From the NCBI GenBank assembly GCA_963713975.1, contig OY970218.1:2144001-2208000 (forward strand): DNA of 64,000 nucleotides, written 5' to 3'. The stretch comes from an uncultured Chloroflexia bacterium (GTDB lineage: Bacteria; Chloroflexota; Limnocylindria; Limnocylindrales; CSP1-4). Below the pieces are notes generated by a model. That model did not search any database and was not told the DNA's origin. It saw only the letters and a list, made by a program, of their open reading frames with translations. Positions 49,394 through 58,945 of the stretch are shown piece by piece (the stretch's first letter is position 1; each line of letters opens with the position of its first letter). The translations under genes were made by a program, and so were the position numbers.

Positions 49394-51100
49394 TCACTCC
49401 GTCGGCGGCTCGCGATCCGCGCTCAGGACGGCCTCGACCGAGTCGTGCGCTCGGGCTGCCGCGATCGGGTGGCCGGTCACCGCGGCAAGGAAGGCTTCGC
49501 GGCCTAGCACCAGGAGCGTCGTGGGCTCGTCCGTCGTCACGCTTGCAGTCCGGGGCACATCCCGGAGCAGGGCGATCTCGCCGAAGCTGGCGCCGGGTGC
49601 CGCCAGGGTCCGGATCACGGTACCGCCCCGACTGACCGTGACCGAGCCGGACTCGAGGACGTAGAAGCAGTCGCCGGCGTCGCCCTCCCGGATGATCTGG
49701 GTGCCCGCCGGCATCGAAACCCATGTCGCGGCACGCCCGAGCGTCTCCATCGCCGGCGGGTCGAGTGCCTCGAACAGGCTGAGGTGGCGTAGCAGTGCGA
49801 TCTCCCGGCCCGGCACCATGGCCCGCCGGTCCAGGGCCCGCAGACCGGGCCATGCGAGCACGGCGATCACGGGTAGCAGCAACGCGAAGACGATGACCGA
49901 GCCGCCCACGCCCGTGATCCCGACGACGATGGGCACCAGGATCGCACCGCCGGCCAGTGCCGCCATCATCAGCCCCTCGAGAATCCCGAACACGCGGGCC
50001 AGGACCTCGTCGCGTACGCCGCGCTGGAGGATCGTGCGCCCGGCGACGTCCATGATGGTCAGGCCGACGCCACCGGCGATCAGCAGCAGCGGCGCCGCGA
50101 CCCCGGATCCCAGGATGCCCATGATCCCGAAGGCAAGGCCCCATGCGACGGCGCACGCGAGCAGGATCGGCGCAATCCGCCGGCGTCCCACGAGCATGAA
50201 GGCGGCTGCGCCACCGATGAGCCCGCCGGCACCAAGGGCTGCTGAGAGCAGGGCCGCACCCGACTCGCCGGTTCCGAACACATCGATCGCCAATGACACG
50301 AACAGGACGTCGGCGACGCCGATCAACAGCATCCGCGAGGCGAGGATCCATACCACCAGCCGGGCATCGGCATCGGCTTCCAGCGCACGGAAGCCGGCCA
50401 TCACCGCACGTCCGAGCGGATCGACGGTCCGTGTCACCCCGGCGGCGCCGACCGCAAGGCCATCGGCACCGGGTATTGCCACCCGTCCCCGGTCCGGGCG
50501 GAGGCCGATGATCAGCACGCCGCCGACGAGGGCGGCGACGGCCATGAGGGCAAGGACGGCGCCGGGCGTCGCGGTCGTCAGGATGGCGGCCGCCGCAAGC
50601 GGCCCCAGGAGCAGCCCTCCGGCCTCCGCGATGCTCGTGACCGCGTTGCCCGCCGTGAGCTCCTCCGGGGTCCGCGCGAGCGAGGGAAGCAGGGCGTTGT
50701 GGGAGGGTCGCACGAGCGTCAGGGACATCGAAGCCAGGACGGCCGCGAGGTACACGCCAACCGGTGTCCAGTCCAGCAGCATGCCGGTGGCGGTCAGGCC
50801 CGTGAGCACCGCAATGAGGAGGTAGGCGCCGCGCAGCACGCGTTCCCGCGGGTAGCGGTCGCCGAGGGTGGCCGCGAAGGGGGCGACGATCGCGGCCGGG
50901 ACAAGCTGGATGACCGCGACCACCCCGACCGAGGCCGGCCCGGTGGCCGCGTAGGCATAGATGAGGATGGCCACCCACGATCCGTACTCGACCGCATTGA
51001 AGGCCAGGAAGGCAAGCTCGACACGCCGGAGCCTCGGGTTGCGGGCGGCCTCGACCGCGACGCGTCCCGTCGTCCGTATCCGTGCACCGATGCCTGCCAT
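49394..51100 (-). CDS. MFS transporter with a C-terminal cyclic-nucleotide-binding domain
   Basis: About 12 TM segments followed by IIREGDAGDCFYV..SG and FGEIALL..VPRTASV. Confidence 0.88.
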   Translation of the reverse strand: MAGIGARIRTTGRVAVEAARNPRLRRVELAFLAFNAVEYGSWVAILIYAYAATGPASVGVVAVIQLVPAAIVAPFAATLGDRYPRERVLRGAYLLIAVLTGLTATGMLLDWTPVGVYLAAVLASMSLTLVRPSHNALLPSLARTPEELTAGNAVTSIAEAGGLLLGPLAAAAILTTATPGAVLALMAVAALVGGVLIIGLRPDRGRVAIPGADGLAVGAAGVTRTVDPLGRAVMAGFRALEADADARLVVWILASRMLLIGVADVLFVSLAIDVFGTGESGAALLSAALGAGGLIGGAAAFMLVGRRRIAPILLACAVAWGLAFGIMGILGSGVAAPLLLIAGGVGLTIMDVAGRTILQRGVRDEVLARVFGILEGLMMAALAGGAILVPIVVGITGVGGSVIVFALLLPVIAVLAWPGLRALDRRAMVPGREIALLRHLSLFEALDPPAMETLGRAATWVSMPAGTQIIREGDAGDCFYVLESGSVTVSRGGTVIRTLAAPGASFGEIALLRDVPRTASVTTDEPTTLLVLGREAFLAAVTGHPIAAARAHDSVEAVLSADREPPTE

Positions 51101-51180
51101 GGCGGCGTAGTGTGCCAGCCGCGACTCGCCGGGTGCACCAGCGTCTTGGCGAGTGGCCGCCGGATCGGCAGAATGCCCCG

Positions 51181-52416
51181 ATGAGCGTCCTGACTCCTGC
51201 GGAATTGGCACGTGTCCGCCGCGAATACCGTGCCGCCTCCCTCCTTCCCGCCCGCACCTACCAGGATCCCGCCGTCCTCGAGTGGGAGCGCGAGCACATC
51301 GTCCGCCGGGACTGGGTGCTGGTCGCCCGCGAGGAGGACGTGCTCGAGCCCACCAGCTTCAGGCTCGTGGACATCGACGGTGAGAACGTGATCATCGTGC
51401 GCGGCCGGGACGGGGTGGTCCGTGCCTTCTACAACGTGTGCCGCCACCGGGGGACCGCGGTGGAGGAACGGGAGTGCGGCACGGCCGTCCGCTTCCAGTG
51501 TCCCTACCACGCCTGGATCTACGACCTCGAGGGCAGGCTCGTCCGGGCCAAGCACACCGAGGACCTCGAGGACTTCAGCCTCGAGACCTTCGGCCTCACC
51601 CCGATCCGCGTCGAGACCTGGCAGGGCTTCGTCTTCCTGTGCTTCGCCGACGAGGCCGTGACCCCGCCACTCGCGGTGCAGCTCGGGGACCTCCAGGACC
51701 AGTTCGAGCGCTTCGATTTCACAACCCTGCGCGTCGCGAAGCGCATCGACTACGACGTCGCCGCCAACTGGAAGTTCATCGCCGAGAACTACAGCGAGTG
51801 CTACCACTGCCCCGGCGTCCATCCCCAGCTCAACAAGCTGACGCCGTACGACCTTGGCGCGGACTTCGATCCCGACGGCGCGTGGCAGGGCGGCTACATG
51901 GAGCTGGTGGATGGCGCCGAGACGATGGCGCTGGACGGCGGCCACGGGTCGCGCCACGGCCGGCCGCCCATGTGCGGGATCACGACGGAGGACGAGGAGC
52001 GCATCTACTACTACGTCCTGTGGCCGCTCACCTTCCTCTCGATCCACCCGGACTACCTGCTCGTCCACCGCCTCGAGCCGCTGGACGCGGACCGCACCAG
52101 GGTCGTCTGTGAATGGCTGTTCGAGGCGGACACCATCGCCCGTCCGGACTTCGACCCGTCCGAGCCGATCGAGTTCTGGGACCTCACCAACCGCCAGGAC
52201 TGGCACGTGTGCGAGCTCCAGCAGCGAGGCACTCGATCGCGGTCGTGGACCGCCGGCCGGTACTCGAACAACGAGCCATCGGTGCAGGCGTTCGACCTCA
52301 TGGTCGCCGCCCGCTACGCCGGCGATCCGATCACTGGCCGGCCAACGGTCCGTGACCGGTATGACGTGCCGCCGTCCAAACCGTCCGGCGGACGGAGGTC
52401 CCGCGCCGCCCGCTAG
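51181..52416 (+). CDS. Rieske non-heme iron oxygenase alpha subunit, copy 2
   Basis: Same motifs as copy 1; CAGAAT-N6-ATG start. Confidence 0.9.
   Translation: MSVLTPAELARVRREYRAASLLPARTYQDPAVLEWEREHIVRRDWVLVAREEDVLEPTSFRLVDIDGENVIIVRGRDGVVRAFYNVCRHRGTAVEERECGTAVRFQCPYHAWIYDLEGRLVRAKHTEDLEDFSLETFGLTPIRVETWQGFVFLCFADEAVTPPLAVQLGDLQDQFERFDFTTLRVAKRIDYDVAANWKFIAENYSECYHCPGVHPQLNKLTPYDLGADFDPDGAWQGGYMELVDGAETMALDGGHGSRHGRPPMCGITTEDEERIYYYVLWPLTFLSIHPDYLLVHRLEPLDADRTRVVCEWLFEADTIARPDFDPSEPIEFWDLTNRQDWHVCELQQRGTRSRSWTAGRYSNNEPSVQAFDLMVAARYAGDPITGRPTVRDRYDVPPSKPSGGRRSRAAR
51378..51671 (+). repeat. 294-bp direct repeat, copy B
   Basis: Offset 3502 bp from copy A. Confidence 0.9.
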
Positions 52417-52425
52417 CATGGCAGC

Positions 52426-53202
52426 GTGCCGCTTCTGCTCCTCAAGCTCGTCCTCACCCCCCTGATCGTCGGGGGCGCCAGCGTCGCCGCCCGTCACTGG
52501 GGTGCGTCGGTGGGGGGCTGGATCGTGGCGCTGCCATTGACCTCGGCACCGGTGATCTTCTTCCTGGCGCTCGGCGAGGGTGCGGCCTTCGCGGCGACCG
52601 CGGCCACCGGGACGCTCACAGGGCTGGGGATCCTGGGAGCCTGGAGCCTTGCATTCGTGGCGGCGTGCCGATGGGGTCCGGCGGCCGCCGTGCTGGCGGG
52701 GACGGCGGTCTACGTCGCGCTGGGCGTGGCCGTGCAGCCACTCCTGGGGCTGCCGTTTGCGCTCCTCGCGGTCATGTCCGTGGTGGCGGTCGCCCTGGGG
52801 CTGCGCCTGTTGCCGTCCGACCGGGGCCTGCGCTCGGAGGCGCCACACCCGTCATGGGACCTGCCGGCTCGCGTCATCGTGGGGACGGCGATCGTGGTCA
52901 CGCTCACGGCCGTCGCGCCCCTGCTGGGGGCATCGGTCAGCGGGCTGCTGGCGACATACCCGGTCTATGTCACCGTGCTTGCCGTGTTCACCCAGCTGCA
53001 CGAGGGGCCGGCGGGTGCGGCGGACGTGGTGCGCGGCCTGCTCAAGGGGCTGTTCGGGACGATCGCCTTCTGGGTCGTGGTGCAGCCCGCCCTTACCGCC
53101 ATCGGTGTCGTTCCTGCGTTTGTGGCGGGCGGCGCGATCGCGCTCGCGATCCAGGCATTCGCGCTGCGGTCGATCCGCGCCGGGATTATGGAATCGACCT
53201 GA
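52426..53202 (+). CDS. Multi-pass membrane protein
   Basis: LLLKLVLTP...[13 protein letters not shown]; about 8 TM segments; TAGCAT-N6-GTG start. Confidence 0.75.
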   Translation: MPLLLLKLVLTPLIVGGASVAARHWGASVGGWIVALPLTSAPVIFFLALGEGAAFAATAATGTLTGLGILGAWSLAFVAACRWGPAAAVLAGTAVYVALGVAVQPLLGLPFALLAVMSVVAVALGLRLLPSDRGLRSEAPHPSWDLPARVIVGTAIVVTLTAVAPLLGASVSGLLATYPVYVTVLAVFTQLHEGPAGAADVVRGLLKGLFGTIAFWVVVQPALTAIGVVPAFVAGGAIALAIQAFALRSIRAGIMEST

Positions 53203-53353
53203 GCGGGTCCGACCCGCCCGCTCCGAATGGGCCGAATCGACTCTTGCCCCCGGGAGTACCCCGGGCGCACCCTCGGGCTACTTCGACCCGGACGCCGGCA
53301 CGGCGCGTCCGGGCCCCGACCCGTTGCTGCGCCACCAGACCCGGAGTCCGGCC

Positions 53354-54379
53354 ATGGCTCTCGACGTTGGTGCCGACCTGTTCGGGCGCTCCTTCCTGTC
53401 CCTCCGCGACTACACCGCGGACGAGATCGAGCACCTCCTCCAGCTGGCGGCCCGTCTCAAGCAGGAGAAGCGCGACCATCGGGAGGTCAGGCGCCTCGTC
53501 GGCCGCTCGATTGCGCTGATCTTCGAGAAGGACAGCACCCGGACCCGGATCGGGTTCGAGGTGGCCGCCTATGACCAGGGTGCGCATGTCACCTACCTGG
53601 GGCCGACGGGCAGCCATGTCGGCAAGAAGGAATCGGTCAAGGACACGGCACGCGTCCTGGGACGCGTCTACGACGCCATCGAGTTCCGTGGCTTCCACCA
53701 GGTAGACGTGGAGGCGCTGGCCACGTATTCCGGGGTGCCGGTCTACAACGGCCTCACGGACGAGGATCACCCGACCCAGGTCCTGGCCGACCTGCTCACC
53801 ATCCGGGAGCACCTGGCGAGGCCACTGTCGGAGGTGGCCCTGGCCTACGTCGGTGACGCCCACGGCAACATGGGTGACGAGCTGCTGCTCGGCTGCGCCA
53901 CGATGGGCATGGACCTGCGGATCGTCGCGCCACGGGCCGTGTGGCCGCGCGACGACTTCCTGGCCCTCGCCCGGGAGCGCGCCCGAGAGAGCGGAGCCCG
54001 AATCACGGTCACGGATGCGATCGAGACCGGGGTCGCCGGGGCCGATGTCGTCTACACGGACGTCTGGGTGTCGATGGGCGAGCCCGAGGCCACGTGGGAC
54101 GAGCGGATCGCTCTCCTGCGCCCGTACCAGGTGGACGCCGCACTGATGGCGATGACGGGCCGCCCCGACGCGCGGTTCATGCACTGCCTGCCGGCGTTCC
54201 ATGATCTCGAGACGGAGGTTGGCCGCAAGATGTTCGAGCGCCATGGCCTGACGGCCATGGAGGTCACGGACGAGGTCTTCGAGTCGGAGCACTCGATCGT
54301 GTTCGACCAGGCCGAGAACCGGATGCACACGATCAAGGCCGTGCTGGTCGCCACGCTCAGCCGGGAAGGGGTGCGCTGA
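53354..54379 (+). CDS. argF: Ornithine carbamoyltransferase (catabolic context, ArcB/ArgF)
   Basis: [31 protein letters not shown] and [11 protein letters not shown]. Confidence 0.92.
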   Translation: MALDVGADLFGRSFLSLRDYTADEIEHLLQLAARLKQEKRDHREVRRLVGRSIALIFEKDSTRTRIGFEVAAYDQGAHVTYLGPTGSHVGKKESVKDTARVLGRVYDAIEFRGFHQVDVEALATYSGVPVYNGLTDEDHPTQVLADLLTIREHLARPLSEVALAYVGDAHGNMGDELLLGCATMGMDLRIVAPRAVWPRDDFLALARERARESGARITVTDAIETGVAGADVVYTDVWVSMGEPEATWDERIALLRPYQVDAALMAMTGRPDARFMHCLPAFHDLETEVGRKMFERHGLTAMEVTDEVFESEHSIVFDQAENRMHTIKAVLVATLSREGVR

Positions 54380-55335
54380 TGCGCGTCGTCGCGGCACTGG
54401 GCGGCAACGCCCTCCTCCGTCGCGGCCAGCCGATGACGGCCGAGAACCAGCGGGCCAACGTGGCAGTGGCCGCACGGGCCCTCCTGCCCATCGCACTCGA
54501 ACACGACCTGATCCTCACCCACGGCAACGGGCCGCAGGTGGGGCTGCTCTCGCTCCAGAACGCCGCCTACAAGCCCGACGAGGAGTATCCGCTGGACATC
54601 CTCGATGCGGAGACCGAGGGCATGATCGGCTACCTCCTGGAGCAGGAGCTGGGCAACCTGCTGGCGCCCGGCCGGCCGATGGCGACGATTCTCACGCGGA
54701 TCGCCGTGGATCCAGCGGACCCTGCATTCGACCGCCCGACCAAGCCGATCGGGCCCGTGTACGACCGGGAGGAAGCCGAGCGCCACGCCGCCGAGAAGTC
54801 GTGGAAGATCGCCCCGGACGGCAACAAGTGGCGGCGCGTGGTCCCGTCGCCGCAGCCGCAGGAGATCGTGGAGCTGTCGGTCATCGAGCTGCTGGTCCGG
54901 GAGCGGGTGATCGTCGTCTGCGCCGGCGGCGGCGGTATCCCGGTCTCCGCCATCCCCGGCGGTGGGTACGAGGGTGTCGAGGCGGTGATCGACAAGGACT
55001 TTGCCGGCGCGCTGCTCGCAACCTCGCTCCACGCGGACGCGTTCCTGATGCTGACCGACGTGGACGCCGTCTACGCGGACTGGGGCACGCCGTCGGCCTG
55101 GCCGATCCACCGCGCGGCCCCGGACGAGATGGCCGCACGCACGTTTGCCGCGGGGTCGATGGGGCCCAAGGTGGAGGCCGCGTGCCGCTTCGTCCGGGCA
55201 AACAGCGGCTTCGCGGCGATCGGGGCGCTCGCGGACGCGGGCGCGATGCTCCGTGGCGAAGCCGGGACCGTGGTCAGCGGCGACGCGGCGCAGCTGGAGT
55301 GGGGGACCGCGCCGCTCGCGATGTCGACGGGATAG
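54379..55335 (+). CDS. arcC: Carbamate kinase
   Basis: ALGGNALL, THGNGPQVG, PTKPIGP, GGGGIPV, VIDKD and GSMGPKV. Confidence 0.94.
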   Translation: MRVVAALGGNALLRRGQPMTAENQRANVAVAARALLPIALEHDLILTHGNGPQVGLLSLQNAAYKPDEEYPLDILDAETEGMIGYLLEQELGNLLAPGRPMATILTRIAVDPADPAFDRPTKPIGPVYDREEAERHAAEKSWKIAPDGNKWRRVVPSPQPQEIVELSVIELLVRERVIVVCAGGGGIPVSAIPGGGYEGVEAVIDKDFAGALLATSLHADAFLMLTDVDAVYADWGTPSAWPIHRAAPDEMAARTFAAGSMGPKVEAACRFVRANSGFAAIGALADAGAMLRGEAGTVVSGDAAQLEWGTAPLAMSTG

Positions 55336-55382
55336 GACCCGCGGTCAGCGGGGTCCCACCGTGACCCGCCACGTCGGGAACC

Positions 55383-56282
55383 TCAGGGGCGCGGCTTGGT
55401 CCGTGCGGCGATGCGCTCCAGGGCCCCGGTCCAGCCCGGGTCGAACTCGCGCCCTGCCTCGTCCAGATCGATCACGACCGGGGCGTGATCCGACGGGGTC
55501 GGCGGGCCCTTGCGCGCCTCGCGGTCGATCTCCGTCCAGACCACCCTCGCGGCAACGGGCGCCGTCGCGTACAGCAGGTCGATCCGCATGCCCTGGTTAC
55601 GGTGGAACATCCCTGCCCGGTAGTCCCACCACGAGAACCGGCCCGCCTCCGGCCGCTGCGTCCGGTAGGTGTCCACCAGGCCCCAGGCGCGCAGCCGGGC
55701 CAGCGCGTCCCGCTCTGGTGCGGACACGTGTGTGCCTCCGTGCGCCTTTGTCGGACTCCAGACATCGATGTCGGCCGGGGTGACGTTGAAGTCGCCGGCC
55801 AGGACCAGGGGCTCGTCCGGCGAGCGCGTCTCGGCCAGCCAGCGGGAGAGCCGCTCGAACCAGCGCAACTTGCCCTCGTAGAACGGGGAGCCGACCTCAC
55901 GCCCGTTGGGGACATAGAGGCTGGCCACGCGGACCCCACCGCAGACCGCGGACACCATCCGCGCCTCGCCGAACGGGTCGAAGTCGTCCTCGGACAGCGC
56001 GATGGCCGCACCGGCCGAGGAGTCCCTGACGGGACCGTCGCCGAAGTTGGTCACGATGTCATCGATGCCCACGCGGGACAGGATCGCCACCCCGTTCCAG
56101 CGGCCCTCGCCGTGGTGGGCCATCTCGTAGCCGAGCATGCGCATCGGCATGACCGGCGCGTCGGCGTCGGACAGTTTCGTCTCCTGGATCAGCAGGACGT
56201 CCGGCTCCGCCTTGGCCAGCCAGCGCTCCACGGCCTCCTGCCGGGCCTTGAGCGAGTTGACGTTCCAGGTGGCGATGCGCAT
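55383..56282 (-). CDS. xth: Exodeoxyribonuclease III / AP endonuclease
   Basis: MRIATWNVNSL, QETK, YVPNG, GDFN, FSWWDYR, RID and SDHAP. Confidence 0.93.
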   Translation of the reverse strand: MRIATWNVNSLKARQEAVERWLAKAEPDVLLIQETKLSDADAPVMPMRMLGYEMAHHGEGRWNGVAILSRVGIDDIVTNFGDGPVRDSSAGAAIALSEDDFDPFGEARMVSAVCGGVRVASLYVPNGREVGSPFYEGKLRWFERLSRWLAETRSPDEPLVLAGDFNVTPADIDVWSPTKAHGGTHVSAPERDALARLRAWGLVDTYRTQRPEAGRFSWWDYRAGMFHRNQGMRIDLLYATAPVAARVVWTEIDREARKGPPTPSDHAPVVIDLDEAGREFDPGWTGALERIAARTKPRP

Positions 56283-56290
56283 GCAACCCC

Positions 56291-57034
56291 CTATCTCGGC
56301 GCCTTGATCGTGATCTCCTCGCCGACCTTGCTGAAGGCCATCGTCGCCTCGAAGGTCGTCGGGACTCCGGCCCCGGTTGGGCCGTCGCCCTCCATCCGCA
56401 TCTCGATGGGCGTGCCGTCCGCCGCAAGGACGAGGGACATCGTCCGCATGGTGGCCGTCTGCCCCAGCTGGCGCATGCTCAGCGTCTGGTACGGGTACCC
56501 GCGGTCGCATTCGAAGGCGTAGGCGTCGGCATGATCCGCCGGGTGTCCGGTGTAGACAAGGTCGTTGAGCCAGCACAGGTAGAGCCACGGGTTTGTCAGG
56601 TCCGAGGCGGTCGTCTGGTTCGCGTTGCCGCGGAGCCACTTCTTGCCCGGGACCTTCACCCAGGCCTTGCCGTTGACCATCCGGAGCTGGAGCGTCTTGC
56701 CGGCGACCTTCATGATCGCCGCGAACTCGCCCCCCGCGACGTCCATCGCCAGGTTCGCCGCCACGCCCTGCGCGGCGCCGCCACCGGTGGCGGTCTCATC
56801 GAGATGGAAGGTCAGGTCATCGGACGCGGTGAGCTTCGAGAAGGCCGTCAGTGCACTCGAAGCATCCGACGCATCCGGGAGCAGGGTCTCGGCCGCTCCG
56901 GCCGGCGCCGAGGTCGCGACATCCGGGGTGCTCGTGGTTGGCCCGGTGCCACATCCCGACGCCGCGAGGAGGACGACGAGGAGGACGACGAGGGAGCCAC
57001 CGGTGCCCCGAGTCCTGCGCCTGGAGATCTCCAT
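56291..57034 (-). CDS. Lipoprotein, LppX/LprAFG-like fold
   Basis: Lipobox-like ASGC, beta-rich body and C-terminal FSKVGEEITIKAP. Confidence 0.6.
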   Translation of the reverse strand: MEISRRRTRGTGGSLVVLLVVLLAASGCGTGPTTSTPDVATSAPAGAAETLLPDASDASSALTAFSKLTASDDLTFHLDETATGGGAAQGVAANLAMDVAGGEFAAIMKVAGKTLQLRMVNGKAWVKVPGKKWLRGNANQTTASDLTNPWLYLCWLNDLVYTGHPADHADAYAFECDRGYPYQTLSMRQLGQTATMRTMSLVLAADGTPIEMRMEGDGPTGAGVPTTFEATMAFSKVGEEITIKAPR

Positions 57035-57048
57035 GAGCCCAGCCTGCC

Positions 57049-57750
57049 TCAGTACCTGCGACCCTTCTGCTTGGCCAGGTCGAACGTCGCGGTATCCGCG
57101 ACGGCCATCACGGCCATCGTGCCGGCCTGGACCGGGTCGCTGACCACCAGGTCGACGTGCTCGGTGATGGAGCCCACCATGTTGAGGGCGATGATGGGGA
57201 TCCCAACCGCGCGTAGCTCGTCGGCGGCCGTGCTGATCTGGCCGCCCATGATGGAGCCCGCGAGGACCAGCATCCGGGCGCGCGGCAGGTCTGCCACGGC
57301 TCGCACGGCGGACGCGATCGGCTCCTCGCCCACCAGGGGGATCGTGTCCACGGAGATCCGCTCGCCGCGCAGGTTGTGGCGGTCGGCCTCCGTGACGGCG
57401 CCCAGGGCCACCTGCGCGACCTGTGCGCCTCCGCCCACGACGATCACGCGCTTGCCGAACACCTTGCCCAACGGCCGGGTCATGTGGATGGTCACGACCC
57501 CGGCGAGTGGCTCGAGCGCGGCGACGATGGCCTGCTCGTCGGCGTCCTCGACCTCCAGCTCCACGTCGACGGTCGCGGCGGATTCGGGTTCGGGTCCGGC
57601 TCGTCCGGCGCGGCGCACGGTCGATAGGGTCCGGACCCGCCCTCCCGCGCCGGCGACGGCCGCGGCGATGACGCCGATCGTGCCGGGATGGTCGACGACC
57701 TCCAGGCGGACGGCGACCGCGGGTGGCAGGGGCTGCGGTCGACGGGGCAT
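57049..57750 (-). CDS. ACT plus DUF5612 domain protein (archaeal-type)
   Basis: N-terminal ACT (DHPGTI); [42 protein letters not shown]...LAGSIMGG...DPVQAG. Confidence 0.8.
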   Translation of the reverse strand: MPRRPQPLPPAVAVRLEVVDHPGTIGVIAAAVAGAGGRVRTLSTVRRAGRAGPEPESAATVDVELEVEDADEQAIVAALEPLAGVVTIHMTRPLGKVFGKRVIVVGGGAQVAQVALGAVTEADRHNLRGERISVDTIPLVGEEPIASAVRAVADLPRARMLVLAGSIMGGQISTAADELRAVGIPIIALNMVGSITEHVDLVVSDPVQAGTMAVMAVADTATFDLAKQKGRRY

Positions 57751-57754
57751 CGGG

Positions 57755-58027
57755 CTAGGACGCGTAGCCGGCAACGATGTCGGCGATGGACAGCCCGGTC
57801 GGCTCCTGGCCGCTCGTCGGGTCGTGCTCGTCGAAGGTGATGCCGAGTGCGGTGAACGCCTCCCGGGTCGCGCCGGCGTCGCTTGTGGTGAGCATCAGCG
57901 CGCCGTCGGTGTCCTCGGCGACGCCCACGATCCCGGTGATGTTGACGCCGCGATCGGCCAGCGCCTGGGCGACTTGCGCCAGCGCCCCGGGGCGGTCGTC
58001 GAGCTGCACGGTGAACCAGATCGTCAC
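57755..58027 (-). CDS. Stand-alone ACT domain protein
   Basis: [26 protein letters not shown]; AGGAGG RBS. Confidence 0.85.
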   Translation of the reverse strand: MTIWFTVQLDDRPGALAQVAQALADRGVNITGIVGVAEDTDGALMLTTSDAGATREAFTALGITFDEHDPTSGQEPTGLSIADIVAGYAS

Positions 58028-58081
58028 GAGGAACCTCCTGACCGCCCATGGTACGCGGGAGGCGCGTTACCCTGCGCTCCC

Positions 58082-58549
58082 ATGACGACCCGTCACTCCG
58101 CGCGCTTCTACCTGCTGATCGGCAGGATCGGCACCAGCCGGATCGTCTCCCGGGTCCATGCGCCCCTCTACCGGTTGACCGGAGGGCGCTGGCTGTTCGG
58201 CCGCAACCTCGGCGTGCTCAACGTGATCGTCATGACCACCGGCCGCAGGACAGGCAGGGGCCGCGAGATCCCGCTCTATGCGTTCGAGGACGGCACACGC
58301 CTGGTGGTGATCGGCTCCAATGCTGGTGACGACCGCGAGCCCGCCTGGGTCGGCAACCTGCGCGCCAACCCTGACGCGACGGTCCGAGTGGGACGCGACG
58401 TGCGCCCGGTTCGGGCGCGCGAGACGGACGGTGCCGAGCGTGATCGCCTGTGGTCGCTGGCCGCGCACGGCTATCCGGGCTACGAACTGTACGCACAGTG
58501 GACGCAGCGGCGCATCCCGGTGATCGCCCTCGAGCCCGTGGGGGCCTGA
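58082..58549 (+). CDS. Deazaflavin (F420)-dependent nitroreductase family protein
   Basis: TTGRRTG..R..PL, SNAG...PAWVGNLRANP and RRIPV..L. Confidence 0.88.
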   Translation: MTTRHSARFYLLIGRIGTSRIVSRVHAPLYRLTGGRWLFGRNLGVLNVIVMTTGRRTGRGREIPLYAFEDGTRLVVIGSNAGDDREPAWVGNLRANPDATVRVGRDVRPVRARETDGAERDRLWSLAAHGYPGYELYAQWTQRRIPVIALEPVGA

Positions 58550-58552
58550 GCG

Positions 58553-58945
58553 ATGCCCGCACCGCTGGGCAAGGTGCCCACGAAGAAGATGCCCAACATC
58601 CAGGTGTTCGGGCTCGAGGACAATAACGCCACGCGCAACACCCTCCGGTTCTTCCGCGAGCGGCGGATCGTGGTCCATTTCGTGGACCTGCGCAAGAAGT
58701 CGATCGCGCCGGGGGAGCTGCGACGTTTCACCGACCGGCTGGGCGCGGCGGCGCTGCTGGACACCGAGAGCCGGCCTTACAAGGAGCAGGGCCTGGCGTA
58801 TCTCTCGACCGACGCGGCGGGGATCACGAGCCGCCTCCTCGCGGATCCGCGGCTGATCCGCCTGCCCCTGGTCCGCTACGGCGACGAGGTCACCGCCGGC
58901 AAGGACGAGACGGCCTGGAAGGCGTGGCTGGCCAAGCCGCGCTAG
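58553..58945 (+). CDS. ArsC/Spx family protein
   Basis: IQVFG...RFFRERRI...DL...GEL and P.LIRLPLVR; start may be 58589. Confidence 0.8.
   Translation: MPAPLGKVPTKKMPNIQVFGLEDNNATRNTLRFFRERRIVVHFVDLRKKSIAPGELRRFTDRLGAAALLDTESRPYKEQGLAYLSTDAAGITSRLLADPRLIRLPLVRYGDEVTAGKDETAWKAWLAKPR

Noticed and set aside
47876-51671. Diversity-generating retroelement TR/VR pair
   Set aside because: The copies are identical with no adenine-specific mismatches, and there is no reverse transcriptase.
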